Part shown: in pieces, positions 1 to 11,753 of the stretch
How positions within the stretch are numbered: the first letter of the stretch is position 1
Layout of the letters: each line of letters starts with the position of its first letter
NCBI RefSeq assembly: GCF_003790525.1
Contig: NZ_CP033635.1
Strand: one strand, 5' to 3'
Source of the DNA: Escherichia coli
Lineage (GTDB): Bacteria > Pseudomonadota > Gammaproteobacteria > Enterobacterales > Enterobacteriaceae
DNA: 64,000 nt
Program-made: the position numbers and the translations under genes
The notes under the pieces: generated by a model
Database searches by the model: none
What the model was told of the DNA's origin: nothing
What the model saw: only the letters and a program-made list of their open reading frames with translations

Positions 1-686
1 AGGCCCCTCAGGCTATATCCCATGCCGCGATGAGTATTAATCGGTGAAAGATCGGGGTTGATGGCGCGCAGCTTGGCACGCAGCGTTTTAATGTGGGTAT
101 CGACGGTGCGATCGTAGGTGTCCTGCGCATCTTCCCACACGCTATCCATCAGTTGCTGGCGGGACCAGACGCGGCCTGGCGACTTGAGTAACGTCTTCAG
201 CAATAAAAACTCATACCGCGTCAGCGTTAATGGCGTGTCAAACCAGCTGATCTGCGCCGCGGGTTCATTCAATTCAAAATGACCAATACGGATGACGGGA
301 GACGGCGTCGAGAACTTCTTCACCCGACGCAGTAAGGTGCGCACCCTGGCGCACACTTCGCGGGGTGAAAACGGTTTAGCCACATAGTCGTCAGCGCCAA
401 TTTCCAGCCCAAGCAGGCGATCGACCTCTTCACTTCGGGCCGTCAGGAACAGTACAGGTAACGCCGGATGGAGCGCCAGTAACTGGCGGCACAATTCAAA
501 GCCGCTGATATCCGGCAGACCAACATCGAGAATCATGACGTCGGGTACCTGCTGGCGAGCTTTATCCAGCACCGGCAAGCCTCGCTCAAAGACCTCGACA
601 GCAAAACCTTCCTGCTGCAACATGTAGACCAGCGTGTCGGCTATCCCTTGCTCATCTTCCACTAACCAGACCGTTTCCCGTCGCAT
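1..686 (-). CDS. creB: Two-component response regulator CreB; 3' end (last codons and stop) lies just beyond the window start
   Basis: Reverse-strand translation starts MRRETVWLVEDEQ at complement 684-686 and runs to window edge ending ...HRGMGYSLRG; matches CreB from memory. Confidence 0.88.
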   Translation of the reverse strand, partial: MRRETVWLVEDEQGIADTLVYMLQQEGFAVEVFERGLPVLDKARQQVPDVMILDVGLPDISGFELCRQLLALHPALPVLFLTARSEEVDRLLGLEIGADDYVAKPFSPREVCARVRTLLRRVKKFSTPSPVIRIGHFELNEPAAQISWFDTPLTLTRYEFLLLKTLLKSPGRVWSRQQLMDSVWEDAQDTYDRTVDTHIKTLRAKLRAINPDLSPINTHRGMGYSLRG

Positions 687-698
687 AAATCGCCTCTG

Positions 699-1172
699 TT
701 ATTGCCGCCACGGCATGACAGGAACCGCGCTAATCGCGTTTTTCGGCGAACCTTCTACAACTTTGTCGGAGTAAGCCAGATAAGCGAGCGCGTTGCGTTT
801 AGCGTCATAAAAGCGCACGACCTGTAACGACTTAAAGACCAGGGACGTACGTTTTTTGAATACTACCTCGCCCTGAGCTTTGCCGTTTTTAATACGATCC
901 GACAGTTCAATCGGCCCGACTTGCTGACAAGAAATGGCCGCATCGGAGGTATCTTCCGCCAGACCCAATCCCCCTTTAATACCACCGGTTTTCGCCCGGC
1001 TCACATAACAGGTGACATTTTTCACATCGGGATCATCAAAGGCTTCCACAACAATTTTGTGATCCGGGCCGATCATTTTAAATACGGTGTCGACCGAACC
1101 AATCTCTTCTGCATGAGCCAATGGCCCCAGCATTATCAGGCTTAAAGACAGGATCAAATGCTTGTATTTCAT
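699..1172 (-). CDS. creA: Periplasmic protein CreA
   Basis: 157-aa ORF with signal-peptide-like N-terminus [21 protein letters not shown]; matches CreA length and sequence. Confidence 0.9.
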
Positions 1173-1382
1173 ATTGTTACCATTTTTATCTATTACACGA
1201 GCAATTAGTTCGTCACGGTAAATAACATATTGATTAAGAACAAAATCTCAATACTTTTATTTCCGTCAAGTCCTAAAACATACTCTACTAAGAAAAAAAC
1301 ACTGAATGCTAAAACAGCAAAAAATGCTATTATCCAATTACCTGATGTCAGGTGCTCGTTGTTGAAAGGATGAGGATATTTT

Positions 1383-2252
1383 ATGGATCAGGCCGGCATT
1401 ATTCGCGACCTTTTAATCTGGCTGGAAGGTCATCTGGATCAGCCCCTGTCGCTCGACAATGTAGCGGCGAAAGCAGGTTATTCCAAGTGGCACTTACAGA
1501 GAATGTTTAAAGATGTCACTGGCCATGCTATTGGCGCGTATATTCGTGCTCGTCGTTTGTCGAAATCGGCGGTCGCACTACGCCTGACTGCGCGTCCGAT
1601 TCTGGACATCGCGCTGCAATACCGCTTCGACTCTCAACAGACATTTACCCGCGCATTCAAGAAGCAGTTTGCCCAGACTCCTGCACTTTACCGCCGTTCT
1701 CCTGAATGGAGCGCCTTTGGTATTCGCCCGCCGCTACGTCTGGGTGAATTCACTATGCCAGAGCACAAATTTGTCACCCTGGAAGATACGCCGCTGATTG
1801 GTGTAACCCAAAGCTACTCCTGTTCGCTGGAGCAAATCTCTGATTTCCGCCATGAAATGCGTTATCAGTTCTGGCACGATTTTCTCGGCAACGCGCCGAC
1901 CATTCCACCTGTGCTCTACGGCCTGAATGAAACGCGTCCGAGCCAGGATAAAGACGACGAGCAAGAAGTGTTCTATACCACCGCATTAGCCCAGGATCAG
2001 GCAGATGGCTATGTATTGACCGGGCATCCTGTGATGCTGCAAGGCGGTGAATATGTGATGTTTACCTATGAAGGTCTGGGAACCGGCGTGCAGGAGTTTA
2101 TCCTGACGGTATACGGAACGTGCATGCCAATGCTCAACCTGACGCGCCGTAAAGGTCAGGATATTGAGCGATACTACCCGGCAGAAGATGCCAAAGCGGG
2201 AGATCGCCCAATTAATCTGCGCTGTGAACTGCTGATTCCGATCCGTCGTTAA
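1383..2252 (+). CDS. rob: AraC/XylS-family transcriptional activator Rob (right origin-binding protein)
   Basis: 289-aa ORF MDQAGIIRDLLIWLEGHLDQPLSLDNVAAKAGYSKWHLQRMF; N-terminal AraC HTH, matches Rob. Confidence 0.95.
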   Translation: MDQAGIIRDLLIWLEGHLDQPLSLDNVAAKAGYSKWHLQRMFKDVTGHAIGAYIRARRLSKSAVALRLTARPILDIALQYRFDSQQTFTRAFKKQFAQTPALYRRSPEWSAFGIRPPLRLGEFTMPEHKFVTLEDTPLIGVTQSYSCSLEQISDFRHEMRYQFWHDFLGNAPTIPPVLYGLNETRPSQDKDDEQEVFYTTALAQDQADGYVLTGHPVMLQGGEYVMFTYEGLGTGVQEFILTVYGTCMPMLNLTRRKGQDIERYYPAEDAKAGDRPINLRCELLIPIRR

Positions 2253-2896
2253 CGCTGCAGCTCATCTAATGCAGGGGCGTCCAGATGCGAGATGTCCCCT
2301 GCGGTTTCAACGACCCAGCCAGACGCCAGCCACAGGCTTTCCTGATAATCCACGCGCGAAATAGAACAGTTACGCAGACGTAAGCGACGCTCTGCCCATG
2401 CTGGTAATCCGAGAATCGTACTCACCAGGCATCCCAGTGCAATACCGTGGCTCACCAGCAGCGGTCGGCTTCCCTGCGGTAAGTCCCGGCAAGATTCCAG
2501 TGCCGCATTGACGCGATCGCTGAGCTCCTGCATTGACTCTCCTTCAGGAATACGCCCGTCAACGGTGCCATTGACCAGCTGCCGACGCCAGTTCTCTTCT
2601 TCTTCGGTCAGAGAATCGATATGTCTTTTTTCCAGCACCCCCATGTTTAATTCACGCAGGCGAGAATCAAAGATGATGTCACAGCCGCAGGCCTGGGCGA
2701 TGATTTCCGCCGTACGCCGGGTGCGTCCTAAATCGCTACTGATGATATGCGTAATGCCAAGCTCTTTGGCACGGGTTGCCACCTGCATCGCCTGTTGCTC
2801 ACCTTTGGCGGTCAGCGGGCTGTCAGACTGGCCCTGAATACGTCGCTCGGCGTTCCACTGCGTTTCACCGTGGCGGACTAGGTATACCTGTAACAT
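2249..2896 (-). CDS. gpmB: Phosphoglycerate mutase family protein GpmB (YtjC)
   Basis: 215-aa ORF with histidine phosphatase motif LVRHGETQWN; matches GpmB. Confidence 0.93.
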   Translation of the reverse strand: MLQVYLVRHGETQWNAERRIQGQSDSPLTAKGEQQAMQVATRAKELGITHIISSDLGRTRRTAEIIAQACGCDIIFDSRLRELNMGVLEKRHIDSLTEEEENWRRQLVNGTVDGRIPEGESMQELSDRVNAALESCRDLPQGSRPLLVSHGIALGCLVSTILGLPAWAERRLRLRNCSISRVDYQESLWLASGWVVETAGDISHLDAPALDELQR

Positions 2897-2935
2897 GCTT
2901 TTTTTCCGTATACTGCTGTAACGTTAATTTTCTGA

Positions 2936-3798
<863 letters not shown>

Positions 3799-3830
3799 TT
3801 AGCGGGAGAAGCAAAATGCCTCCCCCGGTT

Positions 3831-3848
3831 GTACTCGCTAAAGAGTAC
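3831..3848. promoter_or_regulatory. TrpR operator (autoregulatory) in trpR promoter
   Basis: Palindrome GTACTCGCTAAAGAGTAC immediately upstream of trpR; fits trp operator half-sites GTACT/AGTAC. Confidence 0.6.
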
Positions 3849-3872
3849 GATAGCATATCATAAACGTGTGGA

Positions 3873-5810
3873 TCAGTAACGACGTCCCCATTCCGTGGCG
3901 CTCATCAACGTCGGTTTATCCCCCATGAAATAGCGGTAGTAAGCGTCATAAGCCAGCACGTTTTTCACATAACCGCGCGTCTCGGAGAATGGAATACTCT
4001 CGACAAATGCCACTGCGTCGATACGCCCTGCGCTGTTGCCAAGCCAGGTTCGCACCCGCCCTGGTCCGGCGTTATAAGCTGCTGAGGAGAAAATACGGTT
4101 ATTGCCAAACTGCTGATAAACATATTGCAGGTAACTGGTGCCAATGTTGATGTTTGTTTCCGGATCCAGCAATTGCCCAGGGCTGCTATAACCGGGAATA
4201 GAGAACATCTTCACCGTATGGGTCGCTGTACCCGGCATAATCTGCATCAGGCCGCTGGCTCCTACCGGCGATTTCACTTTCGGATTCCAGGCACTCTCCT
4301 GACGGGCAATCGCCATCGCATAGCTTTGCGGGATCTCCTTCCCACTGGTGTAACGTTTGAAAAGATCGTTGTAAGCCAGCGGGAATCTCTCTTCCAGATG
4401 ATCCCACAGCTTCCCGGCGATCGTTGCCTGAACGCTGAGATCCCACCATTGGTTATTGAAAGCATACCGCGCCAGTTGCGCCTGCTCTGTTTTTGACTTG
4501 CTCTTCACCAGATTGGCCCACTCGCTACGCGCGGTGTTATCGAGATTCCAGTACATCAACTCGCGCACGCGCGCCATCTCCGGCCCCTGAGTCAGGGCGC
4601 TGTCAACATTCTGCGGCGCTTTATCAATCTTCAGCTCATACTCTTCGCCGATGCGTTGTGCAGCAACCATCGGGTAGAAACCACGCTGTTGCATGAGTTG
4701 ATGCAAAATCTCTTTTGCTTCAGCTTCACGTCCGCGTTCAAGCAGTAAATCCGCCTGCCAGTAACGCCATTCATCTTTCTCTTTCGCCTCCATCGGCAGA
4801 CGCGCCAGCCAGGTATTCAGGCCGCGACGATCGCCGGTGCCAAGCGCCATTCGCACACGGCGTTCAATAAGCGAAGTAGATTGCGAACGCATAATGGCGT
4901 CATCACGCCATTTCGCCTGTTCGTCGGTGACATCGTTGCCCATCAAACGCCAGGCGACGATATCGCGCAGTTCCTGAATCTGATCTTCATTAAGCTGCTG
5001 TGCCTGAGCAAGCGATGGAATCATCAGCCGTGCATTTTCAGCATCCTGCCGCGCCACGCTGGCAAACGCCACCGCCGCCATTTGACGGGTAAAATCGGTC
5101 GCGCCGGTTGTACGCGCGAAGGTCAGTACCGTATTAGGGTTGTTCGCCAGTGAAATGATTGCCGAAGCGATAGTCTGGTAATCGGCAGGCATCTGCCCTG
5201 CCAGCACTGTTACCAGGCCGGTGTTACCCGCTTTCATCGCCAGACGGATACGCTCTAAATACGCCAGCGGATCTTGTTTACCTGACGCACGCCAGACGCT
5301 AAATAACTTGTCACAGGCGTTAGGCTGGCTCTTGCCGGTTAGCCACAGCTCTTTCGCCCCTTGCCAGGCTTCTTCACTCTGCCCGGTGTTCCATTTCGCA
5401 TAGTAGTAATTACATTGCGCTTCGGTAGTTCCGGGTTTTTCCGGGCTAAAGGCTAACAAGCCACGCCAGTCTTCACGCCGCGCCAGTTCATTGACGAAAC
5501 GAGATTGCAGCGTGCGAGCGGGAGGAAGCGTGGGGTTAGCGCGAACAAAGTTAGTGACCGTCACCGCCGGTTGATTCATCAGGTCATCGGTGATCTGGCG
5601 GTATTCCAGATAGGGATAAAGTGGATAATCCTTCAATCCAGGCATCATTTGTTCGACCACATCCATTTGTCGATTATCCCAGGCCTGCTTAATTTGCGCG
5701 TAACGGCTACGCTGCTCATCCAGTGAGTCGGCTCGCGCCACGCTGCTGACCGTCAGCAGACAGACACCGACAGCCAACAGCCGCCAGGTAACGTGTTTGG
5801 CTTTTTCCAC
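3873..5810 (-). CDS. slt: Soluble lytic murein transglycosylase Slt70
   Basis: 645-aa ORF with signal peptide and C-terminal lysozyme-like motif GLMQIMPGTA; matches Slt. Confidence 0.95.
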   Translation of the reverse strand: MEKAKHVTWRLLAVGVCLLTVSSVARADSLDEQRSRYAQIKQAWDNRQMDVVEQMMPGLKDYPLYPYLEYRQITDDLMNQPAVTVTNFVRANPTLPPARTLQSRFVNELARREDWRGLLAFSPEKPGTTEAQCNYYYAKWNTGQSEEAWQGAKELWLTGKSQPNACDKLFSVWRASGKQDPLAYLERIRLAMKAGNTGLVTVLAGQMPADYQTIASAIISLANNPNTVLTFARTTGATDFTRQMAAVAFASVARQDAENARLMIPSLAQAQQLNEDQIQELRDIVAWRLMGNDVTDEQAKWRDDAIMRSQSTSLIERRVRMALGTGDRRGLNTWLARLPMEAKEKDEWRYWQADLLLERGREAEAKEILHQLMQQRGFYPMVAAQRIGEEYELKIDKAPQNVDSALTQGPEMARVRELMYWNLDNTARSEWANLVKSKSKTEQAQLARYAFNNQWWDLSVQATIAGKLWDHLEERFPLAYNDLFKRYTSGKEIPQSYAMAIARQESAWNPKVKSPVGASGLMQIMPGTATHTVKMFSIPGYSSPGQLLDPETNINIGTSYLQYVYQQFGNNRIFSSAAYNAGPGRVRTWLGNSAGRIDAVAFVESIPFSETRGYVKNVLAYDAYYRYFMGDKPTLMSATEWGRRY

Positions 5811-6020
5811 AAGCGCATCCTCTAAGTGTCAATACATCAATGCAGCGTCATGCCGCGTAATAGATTTATGCTAACCAGTCATTGCCGTTTACGCCACGTT
5901 ACGGACACTTTTTTACTTTTACTGCGAGGGTGATCGACCGGCTGGGATTAGATAAGGAAAAAGGCTACACTTCGCCTTTGAAAACTCATCATCACGATAA
6001 ACATAGAGGCGAAGTCCAAC

Positions 6021-7688
6021 GTGGCTCAATTCGTTTATACCATGCATCGTGTCGGCAAAGTTGTTCCGCCGAAACGTCATATTTTGAAAAACATCTCTCT
6101 GAGTTTCTTCCCTGGGGCAAAAATTGGTGTCCTGGGTCTGAACGGCGCGGGTAAGTCTACCCTGCTGCGCATTATGGCGGGCATTGATAAAGATATCGAA
6201 GGTGAAGCGCGTCCGCAGCCAGACATCAAGATTGGTTACCTGCCGCAGGAACCTCAGCTGAACCCGGAACACACCGTGCGTGAGTCCATTGAAGAAGCGG
6301 TTTCTGAAGTGGTTAACGCTCTGAAACGTCTGGATGAAGTGTATGCGCTGTACGCCGATCCGGATGCCGATTTTGACAAGCTGGCCGCTGAACAAGGCCG
6401 TCTGGAAGAGATCATTCAGGCTCATGACGGTCATAACCTGAACGTTCAGCTGGAGCGTGCGGCTGATGCGCTGCGTCTGCCGGACTGGGACGCGAAAATC
6501 GCTAACCTTTCCGGTGGTGAGCGTCGTCGCGTGGCGTTGTGCCGCCTGCTGTTGGAAAAACCAGACATGCTGCTGCTCGACGAACCGACCAACCACCTGG
6601 ATGCCGAATCCGTGGCCTGGCTGGAACGCTTCCTGCACGACTTCGAGGGTACCGTGGTGGCGATTACCCACGACCGTTACTTCCTCGATAACGTTGCAGG
6701 CTGGATCCTCGAACTTGACCGCGGTGAAGGTATTCCGTGGGAAGGCAACTACTCCTCCTGGCTGGAGCAGAAAGATCAGCGCCTGGCGCAGGAAGCTTCA
6801 CAAGAAGCGGCGCGTCGTAAGTCGATTGAGAAAGAGCTGGAGTGGGTACGTCAGGGAACTAAAGGCCGCCAGTCGAAAGGTAAAGCCCGTCTGGCGCGCT
6901 TTGAAGAGCTGAACAGCACCGAATATCAGAAACGTAACGAAACCAACGAACTGTTTATTCCACCTGGACCACGTCTGGGCGACAAAGTGCTGGAAGTCAG
7001 CAATCTGCGTAAATCCTATGGCGATCGTCTGCTGATTGACTCCCTGAGTTTCTCGATCCCGAAAGGGGCGATCGTCGGGATCATCGGTCCGAACGGTGCG
7101 GGTAAATCGACCCTGTTCCGTATGATCTCCGGTCAGGAACAGCCGGACAGCGGCACCATCACTTTGGGTGAAACGGTGAAACTGGCATCGGTTGATCAGT
7201 TCCGTGACTCAATGGATAACAGCAAAACCGTTTGGGAAGAAGTTTCCGGCGGGCTGGATATCATGAAGATCGGCAACACCGAGATGCCAAGCCGCGCCTA
7301 CGTTGGCCGCTTTAACTTTAAAGGGGTTGATCAGGGTAAACGCGTTGGCGAACTTTCCGGTGGTGAGCGTGGTCGTCTGCATCTGGCGAAGCTGCTGCAG
7401 GTTGGCGGCAACATGCTGCTGCTCGACGAACCGACCAACGACCTGGATATCGAAACCCTGCGCGCGCTGGAAAACGCCCTGCTGGAGTTCCCGGGCTGCG
7501 CGATGGTTATCTCGCACGACCGTTGGTTCCTCGACCGTATCGCCACACACATTCTGGATTACCAGGATGAAGGTAAAGTTGAGTTCTTTGAAGGTAACTT
7601 TACCGAGTACGAAGAGTACAAGAAACGCACGCTGGGCGCAGACGCGCTGGAGCCGAAGCGTATCAAGTACAAGCGTATTGCGAAGTAA
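6021..7688 (+). CDS. ettA: Energy-dependent translational throttle ABC-F ATPase EttA (YjjK)
   Basis: 555-aa ORF with two ABC cassettes (GLNGAGKST, GPNGAGKST; LSGGERRRV, LSGGERGRL). Confidence 0.95.
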   Translation: MAQFVYTMHRVGKVVPPKRHILKNISLSFFPGAKIGVLGLNGAGKSTLLRIMAGIDKDIEGEARPQPDIKIGYLPQEPQLNPEHTVRESIEEAVSEVVNALKRLDEVYALYADPDADFDKLAAEQGRLEEIIQAHDGHNLNVQLERAADALRLPDWDAKIANLSGGERRRVALCRLLLEKPDMLLLDEPTNHLDAESVAWLERFLHDFEGTVVAITHDRYFLDNVAGWILELDRGEGIPWEGNYSSWLEQKDQRLAQEASQEAARRKSIEKELEWVRQGTKGRQSKGKARLARFEELNSTEYQKRNETNELFIPPGPRLGDKVLEVSNLRKSYGDRLLIDSLSFSIPKGAIVGIIGPNGAGKSTLFRMISGQEQPDSGTITLGETVKLASVDQFRDSMDNSKTVWEEVSGGLDIMKIGNTEMPSRAYVGRFNFKGVDQGKRVGELSGGERGRLHLAKLLQVGGNMLLLDEPTNDLDIETLRALENALLEFPGCAMVISHDRWFLDRIATHILDYQDEGKVEFFEGNFTEYEEYKKRTLGADALEPKRIKYKRIAK

Positions 7689-7697
7689 TGCGTAAAA

Positions 7698-7850
7698 TGC
7701 CGGGTGCGGCGTGAACGCCTTATCCGGCCTACAAACCAAGAAATTTCAATACGTTGTGAATCTCCAGGCCTGATAAGACGCGGTAAGCGTCGCATCAGGC
7801 ATTGAGCACCGAATGCGGGATGCGGCGTGAACACCTTTTCCGGTCTACAA
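7698..7850. repeat. REP/BIME cluster (three REP units in alternating orientation)
   Basis: Repeated GCCGGATGCGGCGTGAACGCCTTATCCGGCCTAC-type palindromic units between ettA and nadR. Confidence 0.8.
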
Positions 7851-7995
7851 CAGCCTTAGCATCCTCAATTTCGTGGCGGGTCACCCGTGCAGGTTTTTTC
7901 AAACCTTGTTTAATCTCGACAGCCTCTTCCAGAGAGGTTTTCAACTCATCAAAAAAACTCATTTTATACCTCGCCTTTGAGCAGTTTCGTCACGG

Positions 7996-9228
7996 TTATC
8001 CTTGCTCCCCCATCATCTCCCGCACCAGCTCCACGCAGCGCAGGAAACGGCTGTCGTAATCGTCCTCTTCAACCCGCACGAATTCGATATTGTTCTCTTC
8101 CAGCATCTCCACCAGCAAGTTCTGGAACTCTTTGCGATCCACCGAACTGCCGAGGCTGCGTAAACCATCCGCCACCCACGGCGTGTTGTTCTCCAGCAGG
8201 ATCACCAGATCGAAACGGTATTCATCAATCAGCGCCTGCACGAACGGATGCTCACGCCCTTCGTACTTTTTGCAGAACGCCTGGGTAGTGACAAAATCGG
8301 TGTCAATAAACGCCACTTTATTGGCGTATTTCACTGCAAAATCAATGTATTGTGCGTGGCCCAACGCGATTTTATCGTAGTCGGAATACTGCAATGCGAT
8401 CTCATCACCGCCGAGGTGTGAAAAGACATAATCGCGGCCATATTCCCACGCACTGGTGGTGTTGAAGATATTGGCAAGTTTGTTTACCAGGGTGGATTTA
8501 CCGCTCGACTCGCCGCCAAGGATCGCCACGGTACGCACAAAGAATGGCTTCACTTCCGTAGGAATATATTCCCAGTAGCGGAACGGGTTTTCGCGGATCT
8601 GCGCACCGCTGATACTCATAAAGGTGCGTTTCGGATCGACCAGCACCGTTTCGATCCCCAGATGTTCCATATACTGTGGCGCATCGGCTTCTTCCGAGGT
8701 GTAGATCAGGTCCGGCTGGATCCCCTTTTCAGCCATAAACTTTTTGATGCCGTTGCTCCACACATCCCAGCCGTGTGGATACGGCTCCATGCCCTCTTCG
8801 TTGAAGGCATGAATGCGAATATTTTTCTGATATTTAAAGGTTTGTAATAACCAGCGCAAACGATCCGGCACCGTGGGCTGCTGCGACATGGCACTGTCTT
8901 CAAACAACGCACGGTCACGGGTATCGTCAAAGCCCATAATGATATGCAGTTCGTCAACCTGGCTACAGGCGCGCTGGATAAGGTAGATATGTCCGGTATG
9001 CAACGGGTAGAACTTACCGAATACCACGCCAATGGTTTTCTTTTGGCGGGGAAACTCAAGCCCCAAAAAACGGTGCAACGCCTCCAGTTTTTGCGCGCTG
9101 GGGCTTTTAATTTTGGCATTCAGTAACTGGCTTAAATACCCTTTGGTCATACCGCTGGCATCAGCCACCTGCTGTAGCGTACAGCCCTGTTGCTTAATGG
9201 CAGTTTTCAGGTAATCAAATGACGACAT
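7996..9228 (-). CDS. nadR: Bifunctional NMN adenylyltransferase / ribosylnicotinamide kinase / repressor NadR
   Basis: ORF track 7996..9249; conserved start at internal Met MSSFDYLKTAIKQQGCTLQQVA; Walker A GGESSGKST. Confidence 0.9.
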   Translation of the reverse strand: MSSFDYLKTAIKQQGCTLQQVADASGMTKGYLSQLLNAKIKSPSAQKLEALHRFLGLEFPRQKKTIGVVFGKFYPLHTGHIYLIQRACSQVDELHIIMGFDDTRDRALFEDSAMSQQPTVPDRLRWLLQTFKYQKNIRIHAFNEEGMEPYPHGWDVWSNGIKKFMAEKGIQPDLIYTSEEADAPQYMEHLGIETVLVDPKRTFMSISGAQIRENPFRYWEYIPTEVKPFFVRTVAILGGESSGKSTLVNKLANIFNTTSAWEYGRDYVFSHLGGDEIALQYSDYDKIALGHAQYIDFAVKYANKVAFIDTDFVTTQAFCKKYEGREHPFVQALIDEYRFDLVILLENNTPWVADGLRSLGSSVDRKEFQNLLVEMLEENNIEFVRVEEDDYDSRFLRCVELVREMMGEQG

Positions 9229-9248
9229 ATCTCCCTCCGTATCTCTCA

Positions 9249-10631
9249 TTATAAGTCGTCGAACACGCTAAGCGCGTCGGAGAGTTTTTTAACGCCAAAA
9301 ATCTGCATCCCTTCCGGCGCTTTTTTCGGCACGTTAGCCGCCGGAACAATCGCCCGCCGAAAACCATGTTTCGCCGCTTCTGAGATACGTTCCTGACCGC
9401 TGGGCACCGGGCGGATCTCCCCTGCCAGCCCGACTTCACCAAACACCACCAGATCCTGCGGCAGCGGTCTGTCGCGCAGGCTGGAAACCATCGCCAGCAG
9501 TAACGCTAAGTCGGCGCTGGTTTCCGTCACCTTCACGCCACCGACCACGTTAACAAACACATCCTGATCGGCCATTTGTAGACCACCGTGACGGTGAAGC
9601 ACCGCCAGCAGGATTGCCAGACGGTTTTGCTCCAGCCCGACTGCCACGCGGCGTGGATTCGCCATCATCGAGTGATCGACGAGCGCCTGAATCTCCACCA
9701 GCAGCGGACGCGTTCCTTCCCACACTACCATCACTGAGCTACCCGAGGTCACTTCATCACCGCGGCTTAAAAAGATTGCCGAAGGGTTGCTGACTTCACG
9801 CAGACCCTGTTCGGTCATTGCGAAGACGCCCAGCTCATTCACCGCGCCGAAGCGGTTTTTATGGCTGCGTAAGGTGCGAAAACGGGAGTCGGCATCGCCA
9901 TCCAGAAGCACCGAACAGTCGATACAGTGTTCCAGCACTTTAGGGCCAGCCAGCGAGCCATCTTTGGTTACGTGCCCAACCATGACAATCGCCACACCGC
10001 GCGTTTTGGCGAAGCGCGTCAGATAAGCCGCCGTTTCACGCACCTGCGCCACGCTGCCAGGCGATGATTGTACATCCGCCATATGCATCACCTGGATGGA
10101 GTCAATTACCATCAGCTTCGGTTGCTCTTCTTCGGCAATCAGGCAGATCTGCTCGATGCTGGTTTCCGACAACATATTGAGATTGTCAGTCGGCAGGCCA
10201 AGGCGATGAGCGCGCATTGCCACCTGTTGCAGCGACTCTTCGCCGGTGACATACAGCGTTTTCATCTGCTGGGCCAGTTTGCACAGCGTTTGCAACAGCA
10301 GCGTGGATTTCCCCGCACCTGGGTTACCGCCAATCAGAATGGCGCTTCCCGGCACCACCCCGCCGCCTAATACGCGGTCGAACTCTTTAAATCCGGTAGA
10401 AAAACGCGGCAGCTCCTCAAGGCTGATGTCGGAGAGTTTCTGGACTTTTGCCACTCCGGCGCTACCGGCATAGCCACTGAGACGCTCGTTACGCGCCACC
10501 GTTGGCGACGCAGCAAGACGCACCTCGGTGATGGTGTTCCAGGCATGACAGGCACTGCACTGCCCCTGCCAGCGCGGATAATCGGCCCCGCATTCATTAC
10601 AAACAAAGGCGCGTTTTGGAGCTTTTGCCAC
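9249..10631 (-). CDS. radA: DNA repair protein RadA (Sms)
   Basis: ORF track 9249..10679; likely GTG start giving (M)AKAPKRAFVCNECG with RBS GAGG upstream; Zn finger CNECG...CSAC, Walker A GGNPGAGKST. Confidence 0.9.
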   Translation of the reverse strand: MAKAPKRAFVCNECGADYPRWQGQCSACHAWNTITEVRLAASPTVARNERLSGYAGSAGVAKVQKLSDISLEELPRFSTGFKEFDRVLGGGVVPGSAILIGGNPGAGKSTLLLQTLCKLAQQMKTLYVTGEESLQQVAMRAHRLGLPTDNLNMLSETSIEQICLIAEEEQPKLMVIDSIQVMHMADVQSSPGSVAQVRETAAYLTRFAKTRGVAIVMVGHVTKDGSLAGPKVLEHCIDCSVLLDGDADSRFRTLRSHKNRFGAVNELGVFAMTEQGLREVSNPSAIFLSRGDEVTSGSSVMVVWEGTRPLLVEIQALVDHSMMANPRRVAVGLEQNRLAILLAVLHRHGGLQMADQDVFVNVVGGVKVTETSADLALLLAMVSSLRDRPLPQDLVVFGEVGLAGEIRPVPSGQERISEAAKHGFRRAIVPAANVPKKAPEGMQIFGVKKLSDALSVFDDL

Positions 10632-10679
10632 GGTGTACCTCGTTAATGCTGTGCCGCCCGCAGGATGACGGGCAGGCAA

Positions 10680-11648
10680 TTACTTCTGATTCAGGCTGCC
10701 AGAGAGGATGCAGAATACCCCCATCAGGTCAGCGTGACGGATGGTGACTTCCGTTTTTTCATTCACTTTTGGCTTGGCATGGTAGGCAATCCCCAGCCCT
10801 GCCGCTTTGATCATCGGCAGGTCATTGGCTCCATCGCCAATCGCCACGGTCTGCGCCAGCGGGATTTCATACTCCTGCGCGAGGCGAGTCAGAGTTTTCG
10901 CTTTGTACTGCGCGTCTACGATGTCGCCGATCACATTGCCGGTAAATTTACCGTCCATGATCTCCAGTTCATTGGCTACCACGGCTGTCAGGCGCAGCTT
11001 GTCGCGCAGGTATTCAGCAAAGAAAGTAAAGCCGCCGGAAGCAATCGCCACTTTCCAGCCCAGCGTTTCCAGCTTGAGCACCAGTTGCGTTAAGCCTGGC
11101 ATCAGCGGCAGATTTTCACGCACCTGTTGCAGGATATTGGCGTCAGCGCCTTTCAGCGTCGCCACACGGCTGCGCAGGCTGGCGGTAAAATCGAGTTCGC
11201 CGCGCATCGCCCGTTCGGTTACCTCCGCCACCATCTCGCCGGTTCCGGCCAGTTTGGCAATTTCGTCAATACATTCAATCTGAATGGCGGTGGAATCCAT
11301 GTCCATCACCAGCAAACCCGGAGAGCGCAGGTGCGGGATTTTCCCCAACGGCGCGACATCCAGTTGCGCTTCGTGGGCCAGGCGCGTAGCCCGCGCGGTG
11401 AGTGAACCTGCCAGACGAATCACCTGATAATCTTCCACGCACCAGGCGGCAACAATCACCATAGCCGCGCCCAGTTTGCTCTGGTATTGGGTCAGACGTT
11501 GTTTATCCAGCCCACGACCATACAGCAGCCAGCCGCTACGACCTGCGTGGTAATCCAGTGGCATCACTTCATCACCACTTAATGAAAGAGGCAGACCAGG
11601 CCATAAAGAGACATCTTCAGGCAGGTCGCACCAGGTAATGTTAGGCAT
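10680..11648 (-). CDS. serB: Phosphoserine phosphatase SerB
   Basis: ORF track 10680..11786; conserved start at internal Met MPNITWCDLPEDVSLWPG; HAD motif DMDSTAI. Confidence 0.9.
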   Translation of the reverse strand: MPNITWCDLPEDVSLWPGLPLSLSGDEVMPLDYHAGRSGWLLYGRGLDKQRLTQYQSKLGAAMVIVAAWCVEDYQVIRLAGSLTARATRLAHEAQLDVAPLGKIPHLRSPGLLVMDMDSTAIQIECIDEIAKLAGTGEMVAEVTERAMRGELDFTASLRSRVATLKGADANILQQVRENLPLMPGLTQLVLKLETLGWKVAIASGGFTFFAEYLRDKLRLTAVVANELEIMDGKFTGNVIGDIVDAQYKAKTLTRLAQEYEIPLAQTVAIGDGANDLPMIKAAGLGIAYHAKPKVNEKTEVTIRHADLMGVFCILSGSLNQK

Positions 11649-11753
11649 TAAGGCTCCTGTAAAATCGTTCGAAGCAGGGAAAATAACGCATGAGGCTACC
11701 TTGTATCCATTGCTTCTGGCAACATTAAGTCTCAAATTTTCAAAGGGTGGAAG